Source: Lama glama
Lineage: Eukaryota
Assembly (NCBI GenBank): GCA_028534125.1
Contig: CM052818.1
Span: 44,208,001-44,272,000 of the forward strand
Reading direction: 5' to 3'
Length of the DNA stretch: 64,000 nt
This document shows, piece by piece, positions 1-12,409 of this stretch; within the stretch, counting starts at the first letter, position 1; the number at the start of each line of letters is the position of its first letter. The notes beneath the pieces are model-generated. The model had not been told where the DNA came from and made no database searches. It saw only the letters and a list, made by a program, of their open reading frames with translations. The translations under genes were made by a program, and so were the position numbers.

Positions 1-355
1 AATCAGTAATTTTTGCCTAATCATATGCTGCTCCTGAGAAATCCTCTCCTAGGTCTCATTCTTGCTTCATGGGACATCTCGGGTGTCACGTCTTCCAGAA
101 GGCTGGACAAGTTTGCCCACTCCAGTCCGAGTTAACTTCCCTCCCTTTGTGCTTCCACTTCAACCAACATCTACCTTGGTTACCACACTGCAGGTTACTA
201 CCTGATTCCCAGTCTGTCCCCCTCCTGCGCACTGAAAATTCTTTGGCAACAAAAATCAAGTCTTACCCACTCCTGGGTCAGAAAAGTCAAGCACAAGGTT
301 TGATCCTAGTAGGTGAAAGTCTGTCTTTGCTAAATACATGAATGCATGAAGAAAT
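1..355 (+). mobile_element. L2 LINE 3' end fragment (degenerate)
   Basis: Resembles the L2 3' region (gtgtcacgtcttccagaaggc...ctgtccccctcc...) and ends in an atgaatgcatgaa-type tail. Confidence 0.55.
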
Positions 356-479
356 AAAGACATAAATACTATAGCAAGATACAAACTTCCTTGGGTTGAG
401 GACAGCAAAGAAGAGAGCAACTTTGCCAAAGTGGTAAGAAAGCAAAGTAGCAAATTAGATCAAGAAGGGCACACTGGTT

Positions 480-600
480 AATTATGTATCATAAATACGT
501 ACTGTATATATTTATATATAAATGTTTATTATATATTTATTATAATAAATTTTATATTCATGTATATTATACATGATATGTATAATATGGATAATTTAAG
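480..600. repeat. AT-rich low-complexity (TA)n-like tract
   Basis: tatatatttatatataaatgtttattatatatttattataataa, seen directly. Confidence 0.8.
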
Positions 601-1286
601 TGAATGGATGATCTTGAAAGATGCTGAGGAAAAACCTCAGAAGCCAACTGCCAATGGAACCAGAATCCAGAGATCAGAGCTAAAGCATCATGTGTCTTGG
701 GGGCATCTGTGATCTTCTGTGAAAGAGCACATCCATCAAGGAAATAGAAGGCAGTGCCCAGGGCCTGCACAAGGAAAGTAGCTGGATGGGAAACTCCTGT
801 AAAAGCCAGGATGACCAAGAACTTTATCCTTAATCAAAAAAAAAAAATTGCAGTAGAAAAAATACTCCAAGAAAGAAAGTACAAAGAAACCTGTCTATTC
901 ACCTTTAGCTTTGAATGCTGTGAGGAGTAAGGGTGATACTCCCAGAGAATTACTAACCATCAGTTGGACCTCAGGTATCTTCATGGTCTGAAATATCAGT
1001 GTGTTCCTAAGAGTTCCAAGCCAAGAGTTTTGTATGATTATTGTAGCTAGTTTTCTCAGGTGCCCAGCAGAGGCAAAAGCGGGTATTCTCTGGAATAATT
1101 TTGGAACTCAAGTCATAATTTGGGCTTCAAATGATTTGAATGGACCACATTTCAGGAAACACTGAAACAGTAGGAACAAAACAGGCACTCACAAGGGAAC
1201 CGGGCACCATAATGAGTGTCAGCCAAAGCAGCAAACAGTACGTTAAATTCTGCAAAGAATTCAGGCACTAAAATTCACATGAGTAT

Positions 1287-1764
1287 TGTTGATTGAAAAA
1301 AAAACAATTGCACAACATAAGAGTTGTGAGTTAAGTTTTATTTGGGGCAAAATGAGAATAATAGCCCAAGGAACAGCCTGTCAGACAACTCTGGGGAATA
1401 GCTTCGAAGGGGCAAGGAGGGGAGTGAGAACTATATATGACTTTAGAGAAAGGGGGCACATGCAGCCAAGCACACACACATTTTGGCGAAGGCTTGCTGC
1501 TCGTCACGAGGAGCGGATGTCTCGGTTAATGAATTTAACGCTTTTCTAGATACGAGAAGATGCAAGAGTTTGGGCCAAAAAAATCTCCTGAAAATATCTA
1601 AGTATCTGAAGGCCTGTTCTGCCAGTTTTTCCTTGAGCACAGAGTGCCTTGTTGCTGATCTCCACCCTGAACTCCTTTCAGGATGTATTGAAGGGCAGCA
1701 AAAGCAGCGGCGCATGACTTCCTCCTTGTAGAGGCAGCCAGCGAGTACCAGTGTTTAGCTGGCA
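1287..1764 (-). mobile_element. Solo ERV1 LTR, MER41-like cetartiodactyl family (MER41_BT/Vpa type)
   Basis: TG...CA termini; flanks gtat/gaat form a 4-bp TSD with one mismatch. The minus strand has AATAAA (cccaaataaaacttaactcacaactc) and segments such as cctgaaaggagttcagggtggagatcagc matching the recalled consensus. Confidence 0.75.
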
Positions 1765-1799
1765 GAATAAATGTTTACATTTACTGCATTGCATATTGC

Positions 1800-2940
1800 A
1801 TTGTATATGCTGAAATAAAAGAAGAAATCAAAAGAAAGATTACGAGATCATTAAAAAAACGACCAGGTAGATTTGAAAAATAACCAAATAAATGTTCTAG
1901 AAATTGACACTACAATAATTCAAAGTGAGTTGACCATTGGATCAAACAAGCTGAAGACTGATCTGAATTCTCCACTATGCAATACAGCAAGACAAAGGGT
2001 TGTAATTATAAAATAAATGATGAAAGCCACAGCATGAGGAGGTGCAACGTAAAGAGTTCTAGAAGGAATGAGAAGAGTTGAAAATTTTTTTGAGAAACGA
2101 GGAGAGTTGAAATTTTAGAATCGTAGTAACTTAAATCTTTCAGGATCAATGAAAAACTCAGTCTTTCAAGGCAGGCAGCCCAATATACCTCCAGTAGGGT
2201 AAATTTAAAGAAGATCATTATCATTTAGACATGGCCTAATGAAACTAAAAGCTGCTGAAGACAAAGAAAAGAAGTTCAGTCAGAAAGAAATGACAGATTT
2301 CCCACTGGAGAGAGATAATTGTACCTTCAGTAACTCACTGCATCTTGGAATGTAATGAGTTGGAAACAAGAAGAAAGGGAGGTAGCATCTGCAAACTGTT
2401 AAACGGCATTCACTCTCATCAAAATATCTTTTAAGAATAAGAGCAAAATTTAAAAAGCTCACATACGCAAGCCTAATAATGTTTACTACTCACAGACATG
2501 CACTAAATACATTCGAAAGTGTGTTCTTCAGAAAGAAATAAAATGATCCCAGAAGGAAGTTGTGAGAAGGAAGAGGAAACAGTGATCAAAAAAATAGTCT
2601 GGGTCCATCTAAACTGATACTTATGGTAAAAACGCTTAGTAGAATAAAACACCTAACTTACAGGGTTAAAAAAAGAAAAGAAAAGAAAAACAAAAAATAC
2701 CGTCACCAATTATACTCAGAAGGGGAATAATGGAAATTTTAGAAAAAATTAAAAGCCTTATATTGCTTGGGAGGAAAGTAACGCTAATAATTAACTTTAT
2801 ACTTTGCCAATTTAATTAGTCATACTATAATTTCTAGGATAGTCCATAAGAAAATGAGGACTATTTCATTTCCAAATCAGTAGAAAAAATGGAATGATAA
2901 ATGCTACCTAACCTAGAAATAATGTTTAATCCAGACAAAG
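1800..2940 (+). mobile_element. Old L1 (L1M-type) ORF1-region fragment
   Basis: A-rich sense strand with degenerate ORF1-like segments (aaaaataaccaaataaatgttctagaaattg...); no intact ORF. Confidence 0.55.
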
Positions 2941-2954
2941 GAAGGCAAGAACAT

Positions 2955-3250
2955 TTTTTTTAATTGAAGTATAGTTGATTTATATTGTTGTGTGAGTTGC
3001 TGGTGTACAGCATAGTGATTCAATTATACATATATGTTGTTTTTCAGATTTGTTTTCATTTTAGGTTATTACAAGATATTGAATGCAGTTCCCTGTGGTA
3101 TATAATAGAGCGATGTTGTTTATCTATTTTATATATAGTAGTTTGTATCTGCTAATCCCAAACTCCTAATTTAACCCTCTTGCCCCATTTTTCCCCTTCG
3201 AACCATAGTTTATTTTCTATGTATGCGAATCTTTTTCTATTTTGTAAACA
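2955..3250 (-). mobile_element. L1 3' end, cetartiodactyl subfamily
   Basis: Poly-T followed by aattgaagtatagttgattta...gtacagcatagtgattca...tacaagatattgaat, the typical antisense L1 3' UTR. Confidence 0.85.
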
Positions 3251-4149
3251 AGAAGAATGTATTTTTAAAAAGGAAGAAGAAAGAGACAAACAGAAAGCAG
3301 AAAATAATCAGTTTACAAAGTAACTGAAGCTTAATAGTAGTAACGTGAAAATGTAAAAATTATTGATGAATAATTTAATAATAAAAGGCAAATACATTCC
3401 CAATGACTCCTTCCTGAGATCCAAAGATATAGAAATAGTTCTAGGCATAAAATACATCTTTTCAAATAACAAAATGAGGAAACTAGGCTGCGTACAGACT
3501 GTGGAGACCTCTGAAAGTTGCTCCTGCTGAGCCTGAATTCTGCAATGTTTCTGCTTGGTAATCTTCCCCCAATGAGAACCATTCTTATCATTTAGAGCCC
3601 TGTGTTCCTGGTGATCTGTTTTTCTTCACTGACAGCTTAGCGTGAGGCCTCAGGTTCTTTTACCTCCATTACAGCTGACCTCACACTGCCTCGAAATGTG
3701 TCAGATGTTTCGCTTCCTCACTGCAGAAATGCCACAGACTCCCTCCTTCTTTGCCCCCACCCTCCCACATAGAAGTCAGCAGCCTTTTATATATGGCTTC
3801 TTTTATTATCCACCTCCTGGGAGATAAAAATCGGTTGTGTTGACCAGCTGTTTCACCAAGACCCCAAACTTGCCACGGTGGTGCTGACACCTTGCTTTAG
3901 ACCCTGTGCTGGCCTGAGTCTCGGGTCTATCTAAGGGCGTGCGCGGTTCCAGCTCCCCGAGTCAGGGCTGGGGAAGAACCCGAGAACCCACATCAACAGT
4001 CTGATTCTAACTCTGCCTTTCATTATGCCTGAGCTTACCGAACTGCAGATTCCTGGGGAAACAACAAATATCGATGACTTTGTCTCATCAACCCCCTCAA
4101 AAGCCCTACAAAGTCTAGCAATTCTTTAGGTCTCTGTTTGCCAGGTCAG

Positions 4150-4250
4150 GCACTGAGATTCAGTGAGGTAAGCCATTTTCCCAAGCTTACACAGAGAGGC
4201 AACGATAGAGCTGAGGTAGGAACCTGGACTTCTGAAGCCAAGTCTTGTGA
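4150..4250 (-). mobile_element. MIR SINE fragment
   Basis: actgagattcagtgaggttaagccattttcccaag, MIR core in antisense. Confidence 0.6.
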
Positions 4251-5029
4251 CCCTGCTCCTACATGAAGATACTGTCTGCCCATCTTGATGTTGGGAAAAC
4301 CAAATGAAGTGCGTTCAGAAATTGTGCTGAATTCATCAAGCACTTGACAAATATCCATGACTAATTATCATCCCCAAATCTTGTTTGCTGCTGATAGTAA
4401 CTCTGCGTGGGCAACATTAACCTATAAACAAATATACATACTCTGACGCCAAGGAGGGTGTTCCAGAAAGCCCTTCCTTCCCCCACTACTAAGATCCTCC
4501 AAAGACTAATGTCAACAGCACAGCGATTTCATTGCCCTGACATTCCAGGGCTCTATGCAAACTTAGGGAACCAAGGAGGAAGCCACCCTTTAAATATCTT
4601 CAGCCGTTTCAGTGGCCCACAGTTGCCTGTTGAGATGTTGGCCAGCTATAGTTTGATGGGGGAGAGAAAGGAGACCCACATTCTTGGGGCATTTGTTGGG
4701 GGTGCTGCCAACAAGGATGGGAAGAGACTAGAGTGTGGGTCTTGGAAGCCAGAGGTGGGGTCACTTTCTTCAGATGAGCAGGGTACCCCTCTCTGCAGCC
4801 ATGTGAGAAGGGGTCCTCACCAGGCTTCTCTCCAGCAGCCCGTCCTAGGATTCAATTTATTAATTATCTTCTCCAGACTTGGGGAGCTCTCTCCCTTAAG
4901 CGCTAAAAGTAAAAGTAGAGTCAAATCAATCGATTTGAAAGAGAAAAGAAGATTGACTTGACTGTTACAAGATTGCTTCACAAATAGTAATTATCAACTG
5001 TTATCAAATGCATACACTGAAGCCAGACC

Positions 5030-5180
5030 TTATCTCATTTAATTATTTCTTCATTTAATCTTCGCAATAACCTTCCACTAGGTAAATCCTATTGTTATCT
5101 CCATTTTGTAGCTGAGGAAACAACTGTTTCCAAGTTAAGACTCAAACCCAAGTTTGCCTAATCCAGGACCACCTATGCTC
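5030..5180 (-). mobile_element. MIR SINE fragment
   Basis: tcatttaatcttcgcaataacc...ccattttgtagctgaggaaac. Confidence 0.65.
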
Positions 5181-6345
5181 TGGATCCTTGTGTTATAATT
5201 TCAAGCGTCCATTGGTGGTCATCAAGAGAAAATTCTCATCCAGGTAGGGAGTGGTTCCCTAGGTTCTGAGAAGACTCCTCCATCGGTGCTGTGAGGGCAC
5301 AGAGGAGTCAGGGCTCACCTTGTCAGCCTGGGAGGACTTGTGAGAGATTGGTCTCGGTGAACCCCATCTTTCAGGTCCTCTACCTCAGCAGGGTGACTCT
5401 AAACTGTTTGTTTATTTTTCTATGTGGAATGACACCCAAATTGGCCAGAGAGCTGAATTATGTCAAAAGTTAAAGCCTAATATTGGCTGCAGGTACAAAC
5501 TTTTCGATGGTTTACAAATGGAGAATAAACAGCACAAGTGAAGAAAGGGGAACATAGAAAAAGGGACCTTCCTTAACTGGCAGAGACACATGAGTAACAG
5601 GAAATGCTGGAAGGCGAGGTTAAATGCTAAAAAGGGAGCATCTCAGGAAAGATCTTTATCATACAGAGCTTGCTTCCTTTCATTCTGGGTTCCGAAAACC
5701 AAAACAAGTAGCGCTGGTTCCAAGGGACCCATTTTCTTAAAGGGCAAAGAGCAAATATATTAAAATGTTCCTGGTGCCTTTGGCAAGTGATCTAAAGGGA
5801 CAATCTTACTCTTTCTGGGTTGATGTGCATGTTCCTATCCGTTGGCATCAGAAAAATCATTCGACTGAGTCAGTGGTCTGATTTGATTTCTCAGAGCATC
5901 AATTTCCTAACTTAAAATTAAGGTAGTGCCTTCATATGGTTGTTGTGAGGAGGAAATGAGATAACATATAAGCAAGAAAAACGGTAAAGAGTGCTTGTTA
6001 TATAAAGGATCGGCTGTAACAAAAGCCTCCTCCCTTTCCTTTGGCCCAAGAATTGAATACAGTGTAAAGTTCAGAACAAGTTTGGCAACTAGTTATTGAT
6101 ACGATTTAACTTTTTTAAAGTCTGTCTTAAATATCTCAGATTGTCAGCCTGATGTGCAGATACCAGCCCAGGTAACCCAGTGTCAATAGCATTTGCTGAA
6201 AGATTTCTACCTGGTCTTACGGAAGCAATGAGTCTGGGTCAGAGATGGGGCACGTTCCGCCTTAACCTTCTTCCTTAGGGAAAAAATAATCTGAAACCTG
6301 GGTCTCCCGAAGGAGGTGATAAAAGCCATAATTCAGGCATCACAC

Positions 6346-6945
6346 CAGGATCAAGTACATAATCTGTGGTGCCCAGTGCAAAATGCTACCTCAGGGTCTG
6401 CAGTTCAGAAAGCAGGATGAAAGAAGCACAGGGGAAGGTATTAAAATATAAAACTTTTCCTTTAAAAATATTTTATTACTTATAAGACACACTGAAATAA
6501 CAGTGATACATAACTAATGATGTAAACTTACAAACTGCAAAAGTCATATTTGTGTCACAATATTACATAAGATAATGCATAATACTTTATTAAAGTGTTA
6601 TCTTCATTGATCATAACATTTTTATGCTTTGTTTTCCTGAAAATTCACTTCTTAGGTCATCAAAATTTACACTTCTGTAATTTTATTTTCAATCTATATA
6701 ATTGAAAATTACGTCAGTCACTCTTGGCAAAAGCAAAATCACAGACGATTTTTGATCATTTCTTTTTATTTTTCAGCAGGATCTTTCTGCTGATGCAACT
6801 GTTACTAGAGCTGTTAAAAGTATTTTATATGTTGTGACAATACTGATAAATTATTTCAAAATATAAATTGTAGTACATCTAGAGCTAATGATTCTTACAC
6901 AATTTTTCTAAAAAGATTTAACTCTTCATATAATCTGTTTTTACC
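6346..6945 (-). mobile_element. hAT-Tip100 DNA transposon (Zaphod-like): terminus plus C-terminal transposase fossil
   Basis: The end caggatcaagtacataatctgtggtgcccagtgcaaaatg resembles the Zaphod/MER115 terminus. Minus strand 6781-6830 translates YKILLTALVTVASAERS, the hAT C-terminal dimerisation motif, with LYEELNLFRKIV upstream and VNFDDLRSEF downstream; stops and frameshifts are present. Confidence 0.85.
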
Positions 6946-6946
6946 G

Positions 6947-7885
6947 ATCATCAGAAAAATGCAAACCCAAATCACAATGAGATATCACCTCACATGTGTT
7001 AGGATGGCTGCTATCAAAAAGATTAAGAAAGATAAAAGATAATAAATGTCAATAAGGATGTGGGAAAAGGAACCTTTGTGCACTTGCAGTAGAAATGTAA
7101 ATTGGTAGAGCCATTATGGAAACCTGTATCGACGTTCCTCAAAACATTAAAAATAGAACTCCCATATGATCCAGCAATCCTACTTCTAAGTATATACCCA
7201 AAAGAAATAGTCAGTATCTCCAAGGAATATCTGCACTCCCGTGTTCATTACAGCATGATTCACAACAGCCAAGATATGGCAACAACCTTAATGTCCAGCA
7301 ATAGATGACTGAATAAAGAAAATATGATATATACATGATATGTTTGTATATATATGTGATATATAAATACGCACACACACAAAATGGAATATTCTTCATC
7401 CTTAAAAAAAAGAAGGAAATCTTGCCATTTGCAACAACATGGATGAAACTAATGGACATTATGCAAAGTGAAACAATTCAGGCACAAAAAAAACAAATTC
7501 TGTATGATTTCATTGGTATACGGAATCCAAAGTAGCCAAACTCATAGACGCAGAGGGTGGTGTAGAGAGGAGGAAATGAGAAGACATTGGTCAAAGGGTG
7601 TAAAGTTTCAGTTACGCAAGATGAATCAATTCTGGAGATTTCGTGCATACCATGGGGATGATAATTAACTTTGTACTGCATACTTGAAATTTGCTAAGAG
7701 GCCAGATCTTAAAATAAATCTACACACACACAAATGGTAATCATGTAAAGGTGATGAATAATTTATTTAGTTTGCAATGATCTTTTCATAATGTTTATAT
7801 ATTTCAAAACTTCAAGTTCTATATATTAAGTATATGTAATTTTATGTATCAAAGACATCTCAATAATGTTATCAAACAGAAAAAT
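6947..7885 (+). mobile_element. L1 (L1MA/MB-type) ORF2 C-terminus and 3' UTR, 5'-truncated
   Basis: ORF 7102-7308 contains [20 protein letters not shown] (L1 ORF2 C-terminus), followed by ...ILPFATTWMKL... and 3' UTR motifs. Confidence 0.9.
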
Positions 7886-8002
7886 AGGATATTTAATCTT
7901 AAATAATATAGGACTATTATTTCTATATGGAGAGATCATTTATTAAAAAGGTGGTGTTGCTCATTTTGATGACTTTATCCAATGAGACCGCAAACAAGAA
8001 GA

Positions 8003-8092
8003 TGACCACCAACTCGTCCCAGTTTGCCCAAGACCGTCCTGGTTTAGTCCTGCGCCCTGGAAACCTCTCAGTTCTAGGCAAACTGTGTTATT
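8003..8092 (+). mobile_element. MER81-like hAT-Blackjack MITE fragment
   Basis: gaccaccaactcgtcccagtttgcccaagaccgtcctggttt...ggaaacctctcagttctaggcaaactg matches the recalled MER81 structure. Confidence 0.65.
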
Positions 8093-8212
8093 TGGTAAAT
8101 GTAGCAAACAACACAACGGCTCTACCTTGACAGCTTTTTGGATGTATCTCAAAGAGGTTTTCCTAGTAAAATCTTGTTATAATAAATCACAATTTTGTTA
8201 GATTTTCTTAGA

Positions 8213-8600
8213 TGAATTTAATTTAAAATATCAGATTATACAGTGGCATTTGGATGTTTCCTCTGACATTTCCTACAGCTTGTGGAGTCATTCAGGAAAC
8301 TGAAAGCAGCTTTATGATTTGTATGTGATTTAAAACATCTGTCCATGCAATCTATCACTCTGCCTCTAATTACAATGAAAAGTAATTTTAAAATTGTCTT
8401 GCTCGTCAATAATTAGTTCATCTGACGCGTCCTATAACAATAGCGTTTTTTTATATCAAATATCATCATCATTAATATTAATTTCTGTTTCTAGACCTGT
8501 GGATATTTGCTCAGCTATGTTGCCACAGGTTTCAAAACCAGAGATTTTAGAGTCTTTAAAAAATTCTGGAAACTGCCTTATATGTCCCTGTGTACAGTGT
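8213..8600 (-). mobile_element. Zaphod-like hAT transposase fossil, block upstream of the 6346-6945 segment
   Basis: Minus strand translates EFFKDSKISGFETCGNIAEQISTGLETE...DASDELIIDEQDNFKI...TNHKAAFSFL...EMSEETSKCHC, typical hAT transposase sequence preceding the dimerisation domain; decayed. Confidence 0.75.
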
Positions 8601-9420
8601 CTTTTATTGAAATGAAATTCACATGGCATAAGTAACTATCTGAAATTGTACAATTCAATAGCATTTGGTGCATTCACAATGTGGTAAAACCACCACTTCC
8701 CTCTAGCTTCAAAACGTTTTGATCACTCAGAAGAACAGCCAATGCTCATGAAGCACACATCCTCTGTCCTCATCCCTGTACCTAGAAACCATCCATCTAC
8801 TTTCTCTCTCTGGATATTCCACACAAAAAGAATCGCACAATACATGACATTTTGTGTCTGGCTTCTTTCCCTTAGAGTAACGTTTTCAAGTTTCACCCAA
8901 GTTGTAGTATGTATCGGTACTTTATTCCTTTTTTGGGCTGAATAATTGTGTGTGTAGACCACCGTCTGTTTATCCATTCACCCACTGACGGTATTTGCAT
9001 TGCTTCCGCCTTTTCACTATTATGAATAGTGCTGCTATGAACATTTGTGAAAAAGTGTTCATCTGAGTACCTGTTTCCAATTCTTTCTGAGTGTACATCC
9101 AGTGGTAGGATTGCTGGTTCATACAGTAATTCCTTGCTTAACTTTTTGAGGAACCACTAAACTGTGGCTGCACTGCACCATTTAACTCTTCCCCAGCCAG
9201 TTACAAGAATTCCCATTTCTCCACATTCCTGTCAACACTTATTTTCCGTTTTGGGTTTTTTATTTATTTATTTTTTTTTTAGTAACTCTCCTAGTGGGTA
9301 TGAAGCGGTCCTCATTGTGGTTTCAATTTGCATTCCCTTAATGGCAATGCTGTTGAACATCTTTTCATGTTCTTGCTGAATGTTCATATATCTTCTTTGG
9401 AAAAATGTCTATTCAAGTCT
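8600..9420 (-). mobile_element. L1 (L1MB-type) 3' portion
   Basis: Antisense L1 motifs: tttatccattca, gtgctgctatgaacatt, ttgctggttcatacagtaattc, tctttggaaaaatgtctattcaagtc. Confidence 0.9.
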
Positions 9421-9699
9421 GAATGCCTGGTGAATGAGACTTCTATTTTCAGCAATGGTCGACTAGGTGATTTGAACCTACACTCCCACCAATCTGAAAA
9501 CATAAAAACACCCCAAAATGATGAGATAATAATGTACACAAATTAAATACTCAAGATAGTAAAGATGTAAAGAAGCCACCACACTTAAACCAAAAGTATC
9601 TACAAGTTTGATTCCATTCCAGCAAAACTCTTATTCCTTTTTTTTTCTGAAATTGAGAAATTTATTCTCAAGTCAATTTTTAGATGTCCTGTTCTAATA

Positions 9700-10155
9700 T
9701 ATAAAGGTGACTAAGCTACTGCCCTGTTTCACAGCACTCAGTGTCTTCCCATATCCCTCAAGGTCAAGTACAAACTCCTCAAAACATCTCTCCTCATCTG
9801 GCTCCTCCTCCTTTTTCAGCCTCAACTCACCTTCCTGTCAGTGGAAAGTGGTACTTCCAGGCCTATCTAGATGCTGTTTCTCCTTTCTGGAGCATCTTCA
9901 TTTCCTGAGATCTCCGAATTTGTCTCTCAAGGACTCAGCTCAGCTTTTCACTTCCACACAAGGCAATCTTAGGAGCTCATCCTCTGAGTATCCCTGGTGT
10001 ATGTACTTAACTCCACCGCGGCACCTGCTTCCTCTCTGTACCGTCTGGTCCGCATTGGCTAACTGCTCTGTCTCTACACTGGACTCTGCATCTCTCCAAA
10101 CAGCACAGATGCTAAATAATTACCAAAAGGGTCAACGGATGAACTAGTGAATGCA
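9700..10155 (+). mobile_element. L2 LINE 3' fragment
   Basis: Pyrimidine-rich L2 3' pattern (ctcagtgtcttccca...caaactcctc...aggactcagctcagc) ending in a tgaa-repeat-like tail. Confidence 0.6.
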
Positions 10156-10344
10156 ACAAAAGTATATCGATTAGTCTTTATGCCCTCTGGACACAGAAAC
10201 AAAGAGAAGGAGTGAGTTTCTGCTATCAAGTGAACGATCTTATCTCCTTTTAAATTTCAGTTGGCCAAATCCACACCTACCTGTCTTCCATCTCTTCATC
10301 CATCTGACAAGTATCTCTTACATGCTATGTTCCACATGTGTTGC

Positions 10345-10408
10345 TAGATTGAACCACATGAAATTGCTAATATTAGACAATTTTTAACCACTTTCATACA
10401 GTTCAATC
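10345..10408. mobile_element. MADE2 mariner MITE
   Basis: tagattgaaccacatgaaattgc...tttcatacagttcaatct: a short element with inverted ends matching MADE2. Confidence 0.75.
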
Positions 10409-11359
10409 TCCTATAACCACTGCAGGGGAAACCTGCAGAGATGACCATAAAAAAGTTCTGATATGTAGTGAGAACTCCTCAAATGATTCTCTTTTGAAAG
10501 TTATATCAAAGAAAATGCCAACGGCTCTTGAATCAGTAATGTTTGCATTTCTCTGTAATCAATTAGTTTGTAAATAGTGGTTATTGAAGAGACAGTTTTA
10601 TCCAAGGCAGATAACGGAAAGCAACAACATCTATAAACCAACGGAGAAAATATCTATCTGGGCTTGCCTGCTGAAAAACAGAATGGCAGTATATTTTAAA
10701 ACTAAAATACTCTAATACTTTATTGAAGGCATAATGAGGACTGACAATATGACAGATGTTTTATGTTGACGAAGAGCAGACCCTGTCCTTGCTTAATGAA
10801 TCTGCAGTTCAAGTTCTAGAGACACTGCAGAGAGATGAGAAAAAAAAATGCACTGGAGGGAAGGTGGATACCTGTGATGAACAATTCCAAGCGGCTTCTA
10901 CCACAAATGGGTCTGCAGGACCCTCAGGGCTGGTCTGTCTATATAAAGCTGGCAGAAATGAACTGAAAAAGGTGTTTCTCTTGTTAAAATCATACCATAA
11001 TAGTGCTCCAAATTTCCTTCCAGCCTACTGCTTCATGGACACAGCTGGAAGCCTTGGAAACAGGTCTGTGTGCCGGCTTTTTATCCCCTTCATTCCCCAC
11101 CAGAGTGCTATGAAAACTGAATTAGGGCTTTAAAAAGACTGTTTTTCTTCCAGCCTAAGTAGGAAGTGAAGGAAGCCACGTTACTATATGTATTTAAGGA
11201 TCCGGGAGGAGTTGTGGGAACAGAGCTTCTGCATGTAGAGACTGGGGTTGATCGGGACACATGCCTGGACACATCCAAACACGCCATGAGCTATTTCATG
11301 GCTGAAATATCAGAATTAGAAAGTCCTGAGTTTCGATCATGGTGACACAACAAAAGCAG

Positions 11360-11575
11360 ACTGTGTGGAGTCAGAATCCCGAGCTCAAATTCTTGTCCTG
11401 CCGCTTCATCATTTTATGGCCTGTGCATCACTGGGCTTCAATTTCTTTATTGAAAGAGGTGAAGAATAATACCAACCACAATGGTGGTGAATATTAAATA
11501 AGATAATGATCTCTGAACCGTTCAAGCACAAGACACACTCGGTGGTAGCTGATGAATACCCACTGTCAATAAATG
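11360..11575 (+). mobile_element. MIR SINE
   Basis: tggagtcagaatcccgagctcaaattc...ctgggcttcaatttc...gtggtgaatattaaataagataat. Confidence 0.65.
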
Positions 11576-11999
11576 TGAGCTGAATTCAAATTTATTGAAA
11601 TTAAATCCACATCCCACTGGAATAACTATTCCTCTGCTCAGCAAGCTCATTTGAACACTCAGTCCTTGAAGCTCAGTGACTGACGTGTGCCAAGAGTGAC
11701 AATTACAAAGAGAAAGATTCATCTGACTTGGATGTGAATCGTTTAATGGCTACAGAGGGTCTGTTAGCCCCTTGCTACAATCTTTTGTGGGCAGGGGGAT
11801 TGCCTGGTGATCTCAAAGTGCTTAAAATTTCTCTTCGATTGTATCCACATTATTACATCATTATTATGAAGCCCCCCACGATCAAACATGGTGATGGAAG
11901 CGTGCGCTACCCTAACACCCAATGCATGGGTAAGATGAACATTTAACTCTCACTTGCCTTACACTTTTTCTCCGTCACGTAAGGTTCTGCTTGTGATTT

Positions 12000-12320
12000 A
12001 TAGGGAAAAGTAACAAAACCTCTCTTAGCCCCAGTGCTTTCATCTTAAAATAGGTATAATGAGAGACTTACAAGGAATAACTAGATAAAACATATAAATT
12101 CCTTAGAGTGTTTGGGACATGTTCAATACACAATAAATGTCAGTTATGATCATTATGGAATTGAAGGCAGGTAAATCTAGATACAAATTCTTCATAATTA
12201 CTAGCTCTGTGACCCTGTCTAAGTCAAACTCTTTGAGCTCTTATTTTCCCATCTGTAGAATGGGATTAATGATACTAACCCTATAGGACTATTCTAAAGA
12301 ATGTAGAACATAGAGAATGC
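12000..12320 (+). mobile_element. Two tandem MIR fragments
   Basis: ccccagtgctttcatcttaaaatagg and tagctctgtgaccctg...ttccccatctgtagaatgggat cores. Confidence 0.65.
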
Positions 12321-12409
12321 CCCTAGCCTTCACAAACTTCATGGATTTTTTTTTTTTTTGTAGCCCCCTCTCAGATGCACTGAGTTAATCACCCTCAGGA
12401 CATCCTTGA

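Noticed and set aside
4458..4961. 167-aa ORF, the longest outside the gaps
   Set aside because: Non-ATG start, no recognisable domain or exon context; compatible with chance in 64 kb.
10433..10552. Minus-strand open 120-nt segment RNANITDSRAVGIFFDITFKRESFEEF..., faintly Rab-GTPase-like
   Set aside because: The similarity is a few residues only. No G-box motifs nearby, no pyrimidine tract at the acceptor, and a weak donor (gtttcc).
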